DNA of 64,000 nt from Thiotrichaceae bacterium UBA7357 (GTDB lineage Bacteria > Pseudomonadota > Gammaproteobacteria > Eutrophobiales > Eutrophobiaceae): the NCBI GenBank assembly GCA_002470825.1, contig DKOR01000018.1:37198-101197 (forward strand), written 5' to 3'. How positions within the stretch are numbered: the stretch's first letter is position 1; every line of letters starts with the position of its first letter. Below the pieces are notes generated by a model, which did not search any database, had not been told where the DNA came from, and saw only the letters and a list, made by a program, of their open reading frames with translations. The position numbers were made by a program, and so were the translations under genes. Shown here one piece after another: positions 49,701-60,804 of this stretch.

Positions 49701-50870
49701 TTGATACCAAACGAAATTAATTTACTTTGGTTCTTACTACCAGTTGCCGCTTTGAGCGGATGGTTGATTGGTCAATGTAAAGTTAATCCAAAAGGTAGTC
49801 GTTCTTCAACTTTAATTGATCCCGAATACTTCAAGGGTTTGAACTATGTGTTAAATCAACAACCTGACAAGGCAATCGAAGTTTTTATTAGAATGCTTGA
49901 GGTGGATAGTGAAACTGTAGAAACCCATCTTGCTCTCGGAAACTTATTTCGTAGACGTGGAGAAGTCGATCGCGCTATTCGAATTCATCAAAATTTAATT
50001 GCTCGACCAAGCCTAGATAGAAAACAGCGTGCGTTTGCCTCACTTGAACTAGGTATGGATTATATGAGTTCTGGTTTGCTAGATCGCGCTGAAACTTTGT
50101 TCCTTGAATTAGTCGAGTCTAATTTACATTTAAACCAAGCTTGCACCGAATTATTGGAGATATACCAACAAGAAAAAGATTGGGAAAATGCAATAAAGAT
50201 TGCTAGAAAGCTTGAGACAATCTCGGGTGAGAAATTGAACTCTATTATCGCTCAGTTTTATTGTGAGTGTGCTGATTCTGCTTTGGTTGATGGTAATATG
50301 CGTGTCGTTAAAGATAATGTTCGCCAAGCAATTAGTTCTTATCCAAATTGCGTTCGTGCCAGTTTAATTGAAGCACAAATGTATCAGAGAATTGGTAAAG
50401 TAAAATTGGCGATAAAATCATATAAAAGTATTGAATCACAGGATAGTGATTTTATTACAGAAATTATTGTTCCCTTATATGATTGTTACCGTGAATTAGA
50501 TTGTATTGATGAATATATCGAGTACTTAAAGATGTTGGTCAATATTTATGGAGGTATCAGTCCATTATTAATGTTGACAGAATTAATTGCTGAACGTGAA
50601 GGAAAAGATGCCGCAAAACGTTTTATATCAAATGAATTAAAAACTAAACCTAGCATCAAAGGTGTTGATCGTATGGTCGAATATGTCATTTCAAAGTCTG
50701 AAGGTGAAATACATGATTATCTTAAAATAATAAAGATTCTAACAGCTAAGCTAATTGAAATAAGAGCGATGTATAAATGTAATAATTGCGGGTTTGATGC
50801 AAAACAACTGCATTGGTTATGTCTAAGTTGTAAGAATTGGGATACGGTAAAGCCCGTTTTGGAGTTGTAG
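49701..50870 (+). CDS. lapB: Lipopolysaccharide assembly protein LapB (YciM), TTG start
   Basis: N-terminal TM, TPR repeats, C-terminal rubredoxin-like CNNCGF ... CLSCKNW. Confidence 0.85.
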   Translation: MIPNEINLLWFLLPVAALSGWLIGQCKVNPKGSRSSTLIDPEYFKGLNYVLNQQPDKAIEVFIRMLEVDSETVETHLALGNLFRRRGEVDRAIRIHQNLIARPSLDRKQRAFASLELGMDYMSSGLLDRAETLFLELVESNLHLNQACTELLEIYQQEKDWENAIKIARKLETISGEKLNSIIAQFYCECADSALVDGNMRVVKDNVRQAISSYPNCVRASLIEAQMYQRIGKVKLAIKSYKSIESQDSDFITEIIVPLYDCYRELDCIDEYIEYLKMLVNIYGGISPLLMLTELIAEREGKDAAKRFISNELKTKPSIKGVDRMVEYVISKSEGEIHDYLKIIKILTAKLIEIRAMYKCNNCGFDAKQLHWLCLSCKNWDTVKPVLEL

Positions 50871-51572
50871 GTGAATAATACTCGTGTAGTAGTCTCGTTG
50901 GATCTTCCTAATAGGAAACAAGCGCTAGATCTTTGTCAAAAACTGGATCCGATGGCGTGTAAACTAAAGATTGGTAAAGAACTTTTTACTCGTGAAGGAC
51001 CTGTCTTGGTCGAACGTTTGATTGATATTGGATTTGATGTTTTTTTAGATCTCAAATACCATGATATACCTAATACTGTGGCCAGTGCATGTCGTGTTGC
51101 TGCAGACCTAGGGGTCTGGATGCTTAATGTGCATGCATCTGGTGGTCGTCTAATGATGGAAACAGCATGTGAAGCACTCGACAAGAGTATACATAAACCA
51201 TTATTGGTTGCCGTTACTGTTCTAACCAGTATGGTAGACAGTGATCTTAGAAAGATTGCCATATCTAATCCTGTTCATAAACAAGTAATGTTGTTAGCAC
51301 AGATGACAAAATCATCTGGACTGGATGGTGTTGTTTGTTCAGCAAAAGAAGCAAAACATCTAAGCGCTGAGTTAGGTAAAGAATTTTGTTTGGTAACACC
51401 TGGTATTAGACCAGTTAATTCAAATAGTGATGATCAAAAAAGAATTATGACACCAGCTGAAGCTATTATGGCTGGTAGCCATTATCTGATTATTGGTCGT
51501 CCGATCATCAAAGCAGATGATCCACTTGCTGCATTAAGCGCTATAAATGATGAAATCAATTCAGTCGCTTAA
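50871..51572 (+). CDS. pyrF: Orotidine 5'-phosphate decarboxylase (GTG start)
   Basis: VVVSLDLP, FLDLKYHDIPNTV, VLTSM motifs. Confidence 0.9.
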   Translation: MNNTRVVVSLDLPNRKQALDLCQKLDPMACKLKIGKELFTREGPVLVERLIDIGFDVFLDLKYHDIPNTVASACRVAADLGVWMLNVHASGGRLMMETACEALDKSIHKPLLVAVTVLTSMVDSDLRKIAISNPVHKQVMLLAQMTKSSGLDGVVCSAKEAKHLSAELGKEFCLVTPGIRPVNSNSDDQKRIMTPAEAIMAGSHYLIIGRPIIKADDPLAALSAINDEINSVA

Positions 51573-51584
51573 TCTTTAAATTTC

Positions 51585-54500
51585 ATGACAGAGTCCGTTC
51601 GACAAAACTTATTATCACCAAAACTACCTGTGCCCGGGCAGTCAAGAATAAATTGGTCGCGTCTATACGGTAGCGCACGTTCACTTGCTATTGCCAATAT
51701 GGCAATGCAAACTCAAAAATTAATTGTTGTTGTTACTGCAGACATGATAAGTGCAGTTAATCTTATCAATGAACTGAATATTTACATAAAAGAAAACAGC
51801 TTAGTTAAAATTATTACTTTCCCAGATTGGGAGACATTACCTTACGACCTGTTTTCTCCTTATCAGGACATTATCTCAGAACGCTTACAGACATTATTTG
51901 ATTTGCCAAATATAAAGCAAGGTATTGTAGTGGTGCCTATAACAACAGTTATGCATCGTTTATTACCAAGCGACTATTTATTTTCAAATAGTCTGGTTTT
52001 GGATGTGGGACAATTTATTAAACTTGATTCGTTTAGAAAACAGTTGAATCAACAAGGTTACCGTTTTGTCGATCAAGTTACCGAACATGGTGAAGCATCA
52101 AAAAGGGGCTCTTTGCTTGATATATTTCCTATGGGGGCAATTAATCCATTTCGTATTGATCTATTTGATGATGAAATTGATAGTATTCGTACTTTCGATA
52201 TTGAAACGCAACGTTCGATTGATAAAGTTGAATCCATACGTATTTTACCCGCTAGAGAAATTGCATTAGTTGATTCGGGGATAGCCCGTTTTCGTGCAAA
52301 CTGGCGTGAGCGATTTGAAGGTAACCCGGGGAAATGCTCGGTTTATAATGATGTCAGTCAATCTCTCGCTCCAGCAGGAATCGAGTACTATTTGCCGCTT
52401 TTTTATGAAGAGACAAGTATTCTGTTTGACTATATCGCAGATGATTCAATCCTGGTTTTGGATGACGGTGTTAAAGCAGCAGCAGAAACATTTTGGGAAG
52501 ACATTGAGGCACGTTATGAGCAAGAACGTTATGATCTTGAGAAGCCTATACTACCGCCACGAGATATTTTTCTTAATACTAATGATCTTTATTCTGCGTT
52601 TAAACTTTACCCACAAGTACATATAGAAAATTTATCATCTGAATCTAATTCTAATATTTTCGAATTCGATTCTGAACTACCAACTAACCTTTCAATAGAT
52701 GCTCGGGCAGAAGAACCATTTATATTAGTTAGGCGTTTTCTAGGCGAGTTTGATGGGCGTGTTTTGATCGCGGCAGAAACTCAAGGTCGTCGCGAGACGA
52801 TCATGGAGTTATTCAAACATATTGGGACACCAGATAAAGTAGAAAGCTGGGATAGTTTTCTTTACGGCAATGTGGAATTCGGGATTGCAATAATGCCAAT
52901 AGAAAATGGCTTGATAATGCGTAATCCTAATCTTGCAATTATAACTGAAGCACAATTATTTAGTGAGCGTGTTGTGCAACGACGATTACGCAAACGTAAG
53001 CAGCAGGATGCAGAAGCAGTTGTTCGTAATCTAACAGAATTAAATTTAGGTGCGCCTATTGTACATGAAAACCATGGTGTCGGTCGTTATTGCGGATTGA
53101 TTTCCATAGACACAGGTGGAATACCCAGTGAATTTATTCATCTTGAATATGCGGAAGGCGATAAGCTCTATGTTCCAGTTGCAGCATTAGAATTAATCTC
53201 ACGTTATACCGGTGTCAATCCAGAACAGGCACCACTTCATAAACTAGGCAGTCCGCAATGGCAAAAAGCTAGGCGTAAAGCGGTTGAGAAGGTCTATGAT
53301 GTTGCAGCAGAACTACTGGAATTACATGCACGACGTGCGTCAAGAAAAGGGCAATCTTATGAGTTCGACCAAGATGCTTATTTTGCATTTGTTCAAAAAT
53401 TTCCGTTTGAAGAAACACCGGGTCAATATGACGCTATACAGGCTATGATAGAAGATATGTGTAATGACAAGCCCATGGATAGACTCGTCTGTGGCGATGC
53501 AGGATTTGGTAAAACAGAAGTCGCAATGCGCGCCGCTTTTATTGCAGTTCAAAATGGAAAACAAGTTGCTTTGTTAGTGCCGACGACCTTATTAGCACAA
53601 CAGCACTACCAGAACTTTTTAGATCGATTCTATGAATGGCCGGTAAGGGTAGAAATATTATCACGTTTTCGATTAAAGAAAGAACAAGATATTGCTTTAA
53701 CGGTAATGGCAAATGGTAAAGCTGATATAGTTATCGGAACGCATAAACTTTTACAGGATGACATCAATTTTAAAAATCTGGGATTAATTATTATTGATGA
53801 GGAACATCGGTTTGGAGTGCGACAAAAAGAAAAATTTAAATCACTACGAGCAGAAATTGATGTATTAACTTTAACTGCAACGCCAATACCTAGAACATTG
53901 AATATGGCACTGTCTGACTTACGAGAACTTTCTATTATAGCTACACCGCCAGCACGAAGACTTGCGGTTAAAACTTTCGTTCGAGAGCGCAGTGATACCT
54001 TATTAAAGGAAGCAATCTTGCGAGAAATTAAGCGTGGTGGACAAGTCTTCTATTTACATAATGAAGTAAAAACCATAGAGAAAGTAGCTGAAGAAATAGG
54101 TAAGCTTTTACCTGAAGCGCGAGTAGAGTTTGCTCATGGTCAAATGCGAGAAAAACAACTCGAGTCAGTGATGCTTGATTTCTATCATCGTAGGTTTAAT
54201 GTTTTGGTATGTACCACTATTATCGAAACAGGTATCGATGTCCCATCGGCAAATACGATTATTATCAATCGAGCAGATAAATTTGGTCTAGCACAACTTT
54301 ATCAATTACGTGGACGGGTAGGGCGTTCTCATCATCGTGCCTATGCCTATCTCATTGTGCCACCACGCAAAGCTATGACTGTGGATGCAGTAAAGCGACT
54401 TGAAGCTATAGAAGCCTTGGAAGAATTAGGTGTTGGTTTTACTCTTGCAACACATGATCTTGAAATAAGAGGCGCTGGTGAAATATTAGGTGAAGGACAA

Positions 54501-55058
54501 AGTGGTCATATACAAGAGATAGGCTTTGGTCTCTATATGGAGCTATTACACAGGGCGGTTAAAGCTATGAAAGAGGGTAAACAGCCTGAGCTAGATCGTC
54601 CGCTTGATCATGGAACTGAGATTGATTTACATATCCCTGCTTTGATTCCTGAAGATTTTATACCAGATGTACACATGCGTTTGATTATGTATAAACGGAT
54701 CGCGAGTACTAAATTGAGTTCAGAATTAAACGAGTTGAAAGAGGAAATAATCGATAGGTTTGGTTTATTACCAGATGCGGTCAAAAATTTATTTGAAGTT
54801 AGCAATCTCAAACAATTAGCGCGACCACTGGGAATTCGTAAAATTGATGTAGGATTAAAGGGCGGTCGCATTTTCTTTCAACCAGATGCTAATATTGATT
54901 CAGTACGCATTATACAGTTAATTCAAACAGCTCCGAATATTTATAAACTTGATGGACAGGATACACTTAGAATTAATAAAGAATTACCGGATGCTCAATC
55001 AAGGTTAGAAATATTAAAATATATTTTTAATGAAATAACACTAAACATAGCCGCATAA
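51585..55058 (+). CDS. mfd: Transcription-repair coupling factor
   Basis: 1157 aa; UvrB-homology N-terminus, RNAP-interacting domain, SF2 translocase motifs (GDAGFGKTEVA, DEEHRFGV), TRG motif. Confidence 0.95.
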   Translation: MTESVRQNLLSPKLPVPGQSRINWSRLYGSARSLAIANMAMQTQKLIVVVTADMISAVNLINELNIYIKENSLVKIITFPDWETLPYDLFSPYQDIISERLQTLFDLPNIKQGIVVVPITTVMHRLLPSDYLFSNSLVLDVGQFIKLDSFRKQLNQQGYRFVDQVTEHGEASKRGSLLDIFPMGAINPFRIDLFDDEIDSIRTFDIETQRSIDKVESIRILPAREIALVDSGIARFRANWRERFEGNPGKCSVYNDVSQSLAPAGIEYYLPLFYEETSILFDYIADDSILVLDDGVKAAAETFWEDIEARYEQERYDLEKPILPPRDIFLNTNDLYSAFKLYPQVHIENLSSESNSNIFEFDSELPTNLSIDARAEEPFILVRRFLGEFDGRVLIAAETQGRRETIMELFKHIGTPDKVESWDSFLYGNVEFGIAIMPIENGLIMRNPNLAIITEAQLFSERVVQRRLRKRKQQDAEAVVRNLTELNLGAPIVHENHGVGRYCGLISIDTGGIPSEFIHLEYAEGDKLYVPVAALELISRYTGVNPEQAPLHKLGSPQWQKARRKAVEKVYDVAAELLELHARRASRKGQSYEFDQDAYFAFVQKFPFEETPGQYDAIQAMIEDMCNDKPMDRLVCGDAGFGKTEVAMRAAFIAVQNGKQVALLVPTTLLAQQHYQNFLDRFYEWPVRVEILSRFRLKKEQDIALTVMANGKADIVIGTHKLLQDDINFKNLGLIIIDEEHRFGVRQKEKFKSLRAEIDVLTLTATPIPRTLNMALSDLRELSIIATPPARRLAVKTFVRERSDTLLKEAILREIKRGGQVFYLHNEVKTIEKVAEEIGKLLPEARVEFAHGQMREKQLESVMLDFYHRRFNVLVCTTIIETGIDVPSANTIIINRADKFGLAQLYQLRGRVGRSHHRAYAYLIVPPRKAMTVDAVKRLEAIEALEELGVGFTLATHDLEIRGAGEILGEGQSGHIQEIGFGLYMELLHRAVKAMKEGKQPELDRPLDHGTEIDLHIPALIPEDFIPDVHMRLIMYKRIASTKLSSELNELKEEIIDRFGLLPDAVKNLFEVSNLKQLARPLGIRKIDVGLKGGRIFFQPDANIDSVRIIQLIQTAPNIYKLDGQDTLRINKELPDAQSRLEILKYIFNEITLNIAA

Positions 55059-55065
55059 TTGGTAT

Positions 55066-55761
55066 ATGAAATATATTAAAATTGGTATTTTAGTTTCACT
55101 GTTTGCCTCTCCATATAATGTAATAGGCTCCTCTTGGTATCAAGTTGAAGTGATTGTCTTCGAAAGACTTAATCCATATTTAGATGGTGAAAAATGGCAA
55201 GATGGAGTAATAACTACGAAAGATGACGCGGTTGAATTACAAGTACCTGATATTAATAATAAATTAGTTCCTTATATGATCTTGAATAAATCTCGTAACC
55301 AGCTTAACGGTGTTGAAAAAGTTTTAAACTCGTCTAGTGAATATAAATTATTAATACATCTATCATGGCAACAACCAGCTACACAACGTAAACAATCACG
55401 TTACGTGCACTTGCAACGACTTGATGGAACTTCATCAACTTTAGAAACTAATATAAAAGAAATAGAAGATGAACCTGATTTCATCGATGAATTAATATCG
55501 TCGAATAAAATTATTGATGGAACAATAAGGGTAAGAAGTGGATTTTATTTGCATGCTGACATTGACTTCTCATATTTCAAGAATCTTCCATATGAAAATA
55601 AAATTCTAAGAGTCAATGAAGAATCATTTATCGGAACTTCAGATAAATATGTGATTAATCATAAAGAAACTCGCAAGATAAAACTTGATGAAATTCATTA
55701 TTTTGACCATCCGATGTTAGGATTGATACTGCAAGTGAGTAGACTAGATATTGAGAATTAA
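55066..55761 (+). CDS. Periplasmic protein, possibly CsiV family (peptidoglycan-binding)
   Basis: Signal peptide; N-terminal WYQVEVIVFE motif; position immediately downstream of mfd as I recall for Vibrio csiV. Family assignment is from memory only. Confidence 0.4.
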   Translation: MKYIKIGILVSLFASPYNVIGSSWYQVEVIVFERLNPYLDGEKWQDGVITTKDDAVELQVPDINNKLVPYMILNKSRNQLNGVEKVLNSSSEYKLLIHLSWQQPATQRKQSRYVHLQRLDGTSSTLETNIKEIEDEPDFIDELISSNKIIDGTIRVRSGFYLHADIDFSYFKNLPYENKILRVNEESFIGTSDKYVINHKETRKIKLDEIHYFDHPMLGLILQVSRLDIEN

Positions 55762-56017
55762 CAGACATATAGATTTCTTATTCAGTAATTGTCTTTAATC
55801 TTCATCATGAACATCTTAGTCATTAGTATTAATTCAACGAAGTGGCTTATCTAGCATTTTTTAAAGTTCAATAGATACTATGTCTAATTAATCATTTCGT
55901 GTTTCGCACAAAGATGATGATATGATCTACATTGAGCTTCTTTTTCTATATGTCCATATTGATAGTATTTTTAATTGAGTATATTTAGCGTTCAAGGTAC
56001 TGATCTAAAAAAAGTAA

Positions 56018-56209
56018 TTATTCATTTTCATGTTTACAATATACACTAACTCTTTCTTCTTCATCGACTATTACGGATAAAATTATAGGTCGGCAACACA
56101 CTTCACAATCTTCTATATAAGATTGATCTGAAATACTGCAATCAATAATAAGTTCAATATTCTCACCACAATAAGGGCAAATAATGAATTTATTTAACAA
56201 TTGATTCAT
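56018..56209 (-). CDS. Cysteine-rich CPXCG-family small zinc-binding protein
   Basis: CPYCGE ... C..C.VCC four-Cys arrangement in 63 aa; directly follows mtnP on the same strand. Confidence 0.55.
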   Translation of the reverse strand: MNQLLNKFIICPYCGENIELIIDCSISDQSYIEDCEVCCRPIILSVIVDEEERVSVYCKHENE

Positions 56210-56949
56210 TATTTATTAGCAATATATTTTTCTATTAAAAATCGCATTCTACTTAATCCTTCTTTCAAGTTTTCTTCTATCGTCTCCATCGAGATAATTT
56301 CATCAGTTTTACCTGCAGCCCAATTAACGACCAATGCACAACATGCATAATTTATTTCGAGTTCTCTAGCCAGGCTTGCTTCGGGCATACTAGTCATCCC
56401 AATGATGTCATTTCCATCTTTTTCTAAGCGACTTACTTCTGCGGCTGTTTCTAGTCTGGGCCCTTGTGTAACTGCATAGGTTCCTTCAGAGATGATTTCT
56501 AATTTATTTTTAGAAGCTGTGTCAATTAATTGCTGTCGTAATAGTTCTGAATAAGGCTTAGTAAAATCAATATGTTTTACGTCTGTAAGGTTTTCTTCAT
56601 AGAAGGTATCTGCCCTACCATGGGTATAATCGATAAGTTGATTAGGTATTACTATACTACAGGGTGTCATTTTTTCTGTAATACCACCGACTGCATTAAT
56701 AGCAATGATCTCATTAACTTCATGTTTATGTAGTGCCCAAAGGTTAGCTCTATAGTTTATCTTATGTGGCGGTATCGTATGGGCGATGCCATGACGTGGA
56801 AGAAATAGGATCTCAAGGTTGTTGATTTTTCCAAAAGTGATCGGTGCAGAAGGATCACCCCATGGCGTAGCTGATTCAATTTTACAAATGACTTCTAATC
56901 CAGATAGTTTTGTTAATCCACTACCACCGATAATTGCAATTTTATTCAT
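56209..56949 (-). CDS. mtnP: MTAP-family purine nucleoside phosphorylase: 5'-methylthioadenosine or 5'-methylthioinosine phosphorylase
   Basis: Full-length similarity to human MTAP (IAIIGGSGL, ILFLPRHG..HTIPPHKINYRANLWAL, TSMPE); 4-nt overlap with hpt. Confidence 0.85.
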   Translation of the reverse strand: MNKIAIIGGSGLTKLSGLEVICKIESATPWGDPSAPITFGKINNLEILFLPRHGIAHTIPPHKINYRANLWALHKHEVNEIIAINAVGGITEKMTPCSIVIPNQLIDYTHGRADTFYEENLTDVKHIDFTKPYSELLRQQLIDTASKNKLEIISEGTYAVTQGPRLETAAEVSRLEKDGNDIIGMTSMPEASLARELEINYACCALVVNWAAGKTDEIISMETIEENLKEGLSRMRFLIEKYIANK

Positions 56950-57512
56950 ATCGCATAAATGCCCATCAAATTACGATGATATTCATAATAATCCATTCCA
57001 TAGCCGAATACATAACGATCTGGGACTTGTAAAGCGCTGAAATCGGCACATTGAAAAGGCTTCTCATAGGGGAGTTTTTTTTCTGCTAGTACGGCTGTAA
57101 ATACTTTTTTGGCACCAGCCTCATAACAATATTCAGTAATTGCAGAAAGAGTGATGCCTTCATCAAGTATATCGTCAATTAATAATAATATTCTGCCTTG
57201 TAATATTTTTTCTGGTTTTTTTAACCAACATAATTCGTTACCACTAGTTCCACCACGATAACGTGTGGCATGTATGTAATCAATTTGTAAAGGAAAATTA
57301 AGTTGTGGAATTAACATGCCACCTAAAATTAAACCGCCATTCATTATCGGTAATACTATTGGATTGCTATTAGATAGTTCTATTGATATTGAACTAGCCA
57401 TTGAAAAAACTGCTTTTTCTACATAGTTTTTATCAAATAATAACTCTGCTTTATCTAGTATTTTTTTAGCTTCCGTTGATGTAATTGTTTTTGTTGCTAT
57501 GATTTGTCTCAA
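56946..57512 (-). CDS. hpt: Hypoxanthine(-guanine) phosphoribosyltransferase
   Basis: PRPP-binding ILLLIDDILDEGITL; type I PRTase fold; 188 aa. Confidence 0.85.
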   Translation of the reverse strand: MRQIIATKTITSTEAKKILDKAELLFDKNYVEKAVFSMASSISIELSNSNPIVLPIMNGGLILGGMLIPQLNFPLQIDYIHATRYRGGTSGNELCWLKKPEKILQGRILLLIDDILDEGITLSAITEYCYEAGAKKVFTAVLAEKKLPYEKPFQCADFSALQVPDRYVFGYGMDYYEYHRNLMGIYAI

Positions 57513-57533
57513 GTTGTGTTGTCCTATGCAAAT

Positions 57534-57548
57534 TGTGATAAAATCACA
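57534..57548. promoter_or_regulatory. Perfect inverted repeat TGTGAT-AAA-ATCACA, 22-36 nt upstream of the hpt start codon
   Basis: Read directly from the sequence; candidate operator overlapping the hpt promoter/RBS region. Confidence 0.3.
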
Positions 57549-57560
57549 TTATACTTAAGT

Positions 57561-57586
57561 CTGTCGCCATAGTCTGTCACCATAGT
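57561..57586. repeat. Tandem 13-nt direct repeat CTGTCGCCATAGT / CTGTCACCATAGT in the hpt-glyA divergent intergenic region
   Basis: Read directly; two copies with one mismatch, immediately adjacent to the TGTGAT..ATCACA palindrome. Confidence 0.3.
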
Positions 57587-57843
57587 ATTCTCAACAATAT
57601 CGATGTTATTTGTATACATTAAGTGAATAAAAGAGTTACATAATAAAACAACTGTGTATCAAGATAGTTCAATGAACTACTGTTACTTCAAAAGTAATAT
57701 CTGTTGAGGTTCATAATATGTTGTAAATGACGAACGAGCTTATTAGTAATTGAACTACTAATATAGTTGACTGGGGTAATATTATATTTGTTGAGAAGTT
57801 TAGTTAAAACGTAATAAATTTTAATAAATAATCGAGGGACATT

Positions 57844-59115
57844 ATGTTTTCAAAAAATACGAAGGTGGCGGGTTTTGATGACGAACTCTATACTGCAATG
57901 GAAGCAGAGCGGCGCCGACAGGAAGAACATATCGAATTAATCGCTTCGGAGAATATGGCAAGTCCACGAGTATTAGAATGCCAAGGCTCAGTCCTGACGA
58001 ATAAGTATGCAGAAGGTTATCCGGGTAAGCGCTATTATGGCGGCTGTGAGTTTGTTGATGTTGCGGAGCAGCTAGCTATTGATCGCGCAATGGAATTATT
58101 TGGTGCTGATTGGGCAAATGTTCAACCCCATTCTGGCTCACAGGCAAACGGTGCAGTCTATCATGCATTATTAGAACCCGGCGATACGATTATGGGTATG
58201 AGTTTAGCTCACGGTGGACATTTGACACATGGGGCAAGTGTCAATGTATCGGGTCGTATCTATAACGCGGTTCAATATGGTATAGACACAAACACCGGTG
58301 AAATTGATTATGATGAAGCAGAACGACTCTCTACAGAACATAAACCAAAGTTAATTATCACTGGTTTTTCTGCTTATTCAAGGATCATTGACTGGCATCG
58401 TTTTCGTGAAATTGCTGACAAAGTAGGTGCCTTGATGATGGCTGATATTTCGCACATAGCTGGATTGGTTGCTGTTGGGGAATATCCAAGCCCTGTTCAG
58501 ATCGCCGATGTCACAACTACCACAACACATAAGACATTAAGAGGCCCGCGTTCAGGTTTGATCATGGGCAAGGCTAACGAAAACATTCAAAAAAAGGTTA
58601 ATTTCATGGTGTTCCCTGCTTATCAAGGTGGCCCATTAATGCATACAATTGCTGCTAAAGCTGTCGCCTTTAAAGAAGCGATGCAGCCTGAATTCAAGAC
58701 ATACATTCAGCAAGTTAAGAAAAACGCTAATGTTATGGCTAAAACTTTTATAGAGCGAGGTTTGAAAATCGTTTCTGGCGGTACTGATAATCACTTATTT
58801 TTAGTTGATATGGTTGAAAAAGGTCTTACAGGTAAAGCAGTCGATGCTGCCTTAGGACGTGCGAACCTCACTGTGAATAAAAATGCAGTCCCTAATGATC
58901 CGGAATCACCTTTTGTAACGAGTGGTATACGCATAGGGACACCTTCTATAACGACACGTGGTTTTGATGAAGCAGATTCAAAACAGGTTGCACATTGGTG
59001 CTGTGACATTATGGATAATATGGGTAATGATTCTGTTATCGAACGCGTCAAAAGTGAAGTTTTAACGCTTTGTAAGATTCGGCCACTATATGAGTCTAAT
59101 AATGATTTAAACTAA
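57844..59115 (+). CDS. glyA: Serine hydroxymethyltransferase
   Basis: [28 protein letters not shown]-lysine region. Confidence 0.95.
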   Translation: MFSKNTKVAGFDDELYTAMEAERRRQEEHIELIASENMASPRVLECQGSVLTNKYAEGYPGKRYYGGCEFVDVAEQLAIDRAMELFGADWANVQPHSGSQANGAVYHALLEPGDTIMGMSLAHGGHLTHGASVNVSGRIYNAVQYGIDTNTGEIDYDEAERLSTEHKPKLIITGFSAYSRIIDWHRFREIADKVGALMMADISHIAGLVAVGEYPSPVQIADVTTTTTHKTLRGPRSGLIMGKANENIQKKVNFMVFPAYQGGPLMHTIAAKAVAFKEAMQPEFKTYIQQVKKNANVMAKTFIERGLKIVSGGTDNHLFLVDMVEKGLTGKAVDAALGRANLTVNKNAVPNDPESPFVTSGIRIGTPSITTRGFDEADSKQVAHWCCDIMDNMGNDSVIERVKSEVLTLCKIRPLYESNNDLN

Positions 59116-59193
59116 TCGTAATGTAAGTATTTGTTTATGTAGGAGATTGTTTTATAATCAATTATTCTTTTTAGAATCTGAGGTCGTTAATAG

Positions 59194-59706
59194 ATGCACT
59201 GTCCTTTTTGCACAGATCCTGATACACGTGTTATTGATTCACGACTGGTAGGTGAAGGCAATCAGGTACGTCGTCGTCGTGAATGTACAAAGTGTAAAGA
59301 ACGCTATACAACCTACGAGTCAGCGGAACTTAACCTTCCTCGTATTATTAAGACAGACGGACGGCGCGAGCCATTCAAAGAAGAAAAGCTACGTGGTGGT
59401 ATTTTACGCGCGATTGAAAAACGTCCTGTTGAAATGGAAAAAGTAGAACTTGCTGTGTTGAATATTATGCATAAATTACGTGCGATGGGCGATCGAGAGG
59501 TTAAATCAATTTGTGTCGGTGATTGGGTTATGGAGCAATTACGCTGTTTGGATCAGGTAGCCTATGTTCGCTTTGCCTCAGTCTATAGAAGCTTTGAAGA
59601 TGTGCGTGCTTTTCTAGAAGAAATAGAACGACTTGAACATGAACTGCCGCCTGATCTAAGAAAGAGTCAGCTTGATTTTCTTGAATATGATGGTGATGAT
59701 AGTTGA
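59194..59706 (+). CDS. nrdR: Transcriptional repressor NrdR
   Basis: MHCPFC ... CTKC zinc ribbon plus ATP-cone. Confidence 0.95.
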   Translation: MHCPFCTDPDTRVIDSRLVGEGNQVRRRRECTKCKERYTTYESAELNLPRIIKTDGRREPFKEEKLRGGILRAIEKRPVEMEKVELAVLNIMHKLRAMGDREVKSICVGDWVMEQLRCLDQVAYVRFASVYRSFEDVRAFLEEIERLEHELPPDLRKSQLDFLEYDGDDS

Positions 59707-60788
59707 CGTGGTCAGCACAAGATTTTCAATTTATGTCTCGTGCTATTCAATTAGCAAAGCGTGGACTCTACACCTGCGATCCCAATCCTAGAGTTGGATG
59801 TGTTGTAACTAAAGATGATCAAATAATATCAGAGGGGTGGCATGCAGTAACGGGTGAGGCACATGCAGAGATCAATGCGCTTACGAGTTGTATAGACGCT
59901 ACAAATTCTACGGTCTATTTGACGCTTGAACCCTGTTCCCATTATGGTCGTACATCTCCTTGTACGGAAGCATTAATTAATGCAAACGTGAATAATGTTA
60001 TTATTGCTATGCTCGATCCTAATCCGCTTGTCAGTGGTTTGGGTATTAGAAAGCTAGAAGATTCAGGTATAGGCGTTAAGCAGGGTTTGCTAGAAGTTGA
60101 GTCACGTAAACTAAATCCTGGTTTTATCAAGCGAATGACAAAGAATTTACCTTATACACGTTGTAAAATGGCAATGAGTCTCGATGGGCGTACTGCTTTG
60201 GCTAATGGAGAGAGTCAATGGATTAGTTCTGAATTATCGAGGCGTGACGTGCATCATTTGCGAGCAGCAAGTAGTGCAATTTTGACTAGTGTGGAAACAT
60301 TATTAAAGGATGATGCCTCATTAAATGCACGGGGCCTAGATTTTGAATTTAAACAAGCTGTTCGAATTATCATCGACAGAAAACTTAAAACACCAAATCA
60401 AGCAAAATTATTTAGCATTCCTGGACATACTCTCATTTATACAGAGAATGATAATGATACACGTATTCATGAATTAGAAAATGTTGGTGCCGAGGTTGTT
60501 TTTTTAAAAAACACTGAGTCATGGTTGAAAGAAGTTTTTAATCATATGGCAAAAGAGTTTGAAATTAATGAGCTTATGGTTGAAGCAGGATCAACCTTTT
60601 CCGGAGCATTGATTGAGCAAGGTTTAGTTGATGAATTAGTCGTTTACATTGCACCTATATTACTTGGTCATAGTGCAAATCCATTAGTAAAATTAAAAGA
60701 ACTCAAGAAAATAGGTGAAGCAAAACAACTCAAAATAATGGATGTCAGGCAAGTGGGTAAAGACTTCCGCTTCATATTGACACTTTAA
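59703..60788 (+). CDS. ribD: Bifunctional riboflavin biosynthesis deaminase/reductase
   Basis: CMP/dCMP-type deaminase zinc motif HAEINAL ... [12 protein letters not shown]; C-terminal reductase domain. Confidence 0.9.
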   Translation: MTWSAQDFQFMSRAIQLAKRGLYTCDPNPRVGCVVTKDDQIISEGWHAVTGEAHAEINALTSCIDATNSTVYLTLEPCSHYGRTSPCTEALINANVNNVIIAMLDPNPLVSGLGIRKLEDSGIGVKQGLLEVESRKLNPGFIKRMTKNLPYTRCKMAMSLDGRTALANGESQWISSELSRRDVHHLRAASSAILTSVETLLKDDASLNARGLDFEFKQAVRIIIDRKLKTPNQAKLFSIPGHTLIYTENDNDTRIHELENVGAEVVFLKNTESWLKEVFNHMAKEFEINELMVEAGSTFSGALIEQGLVDELVVYIAPILLGHSANPLVKLKELKKIGEAKQLKIMDVRQVGKDFRFILTL

Positions 60789-60804
60789 GGTTAAAATATA
60801 GTTT

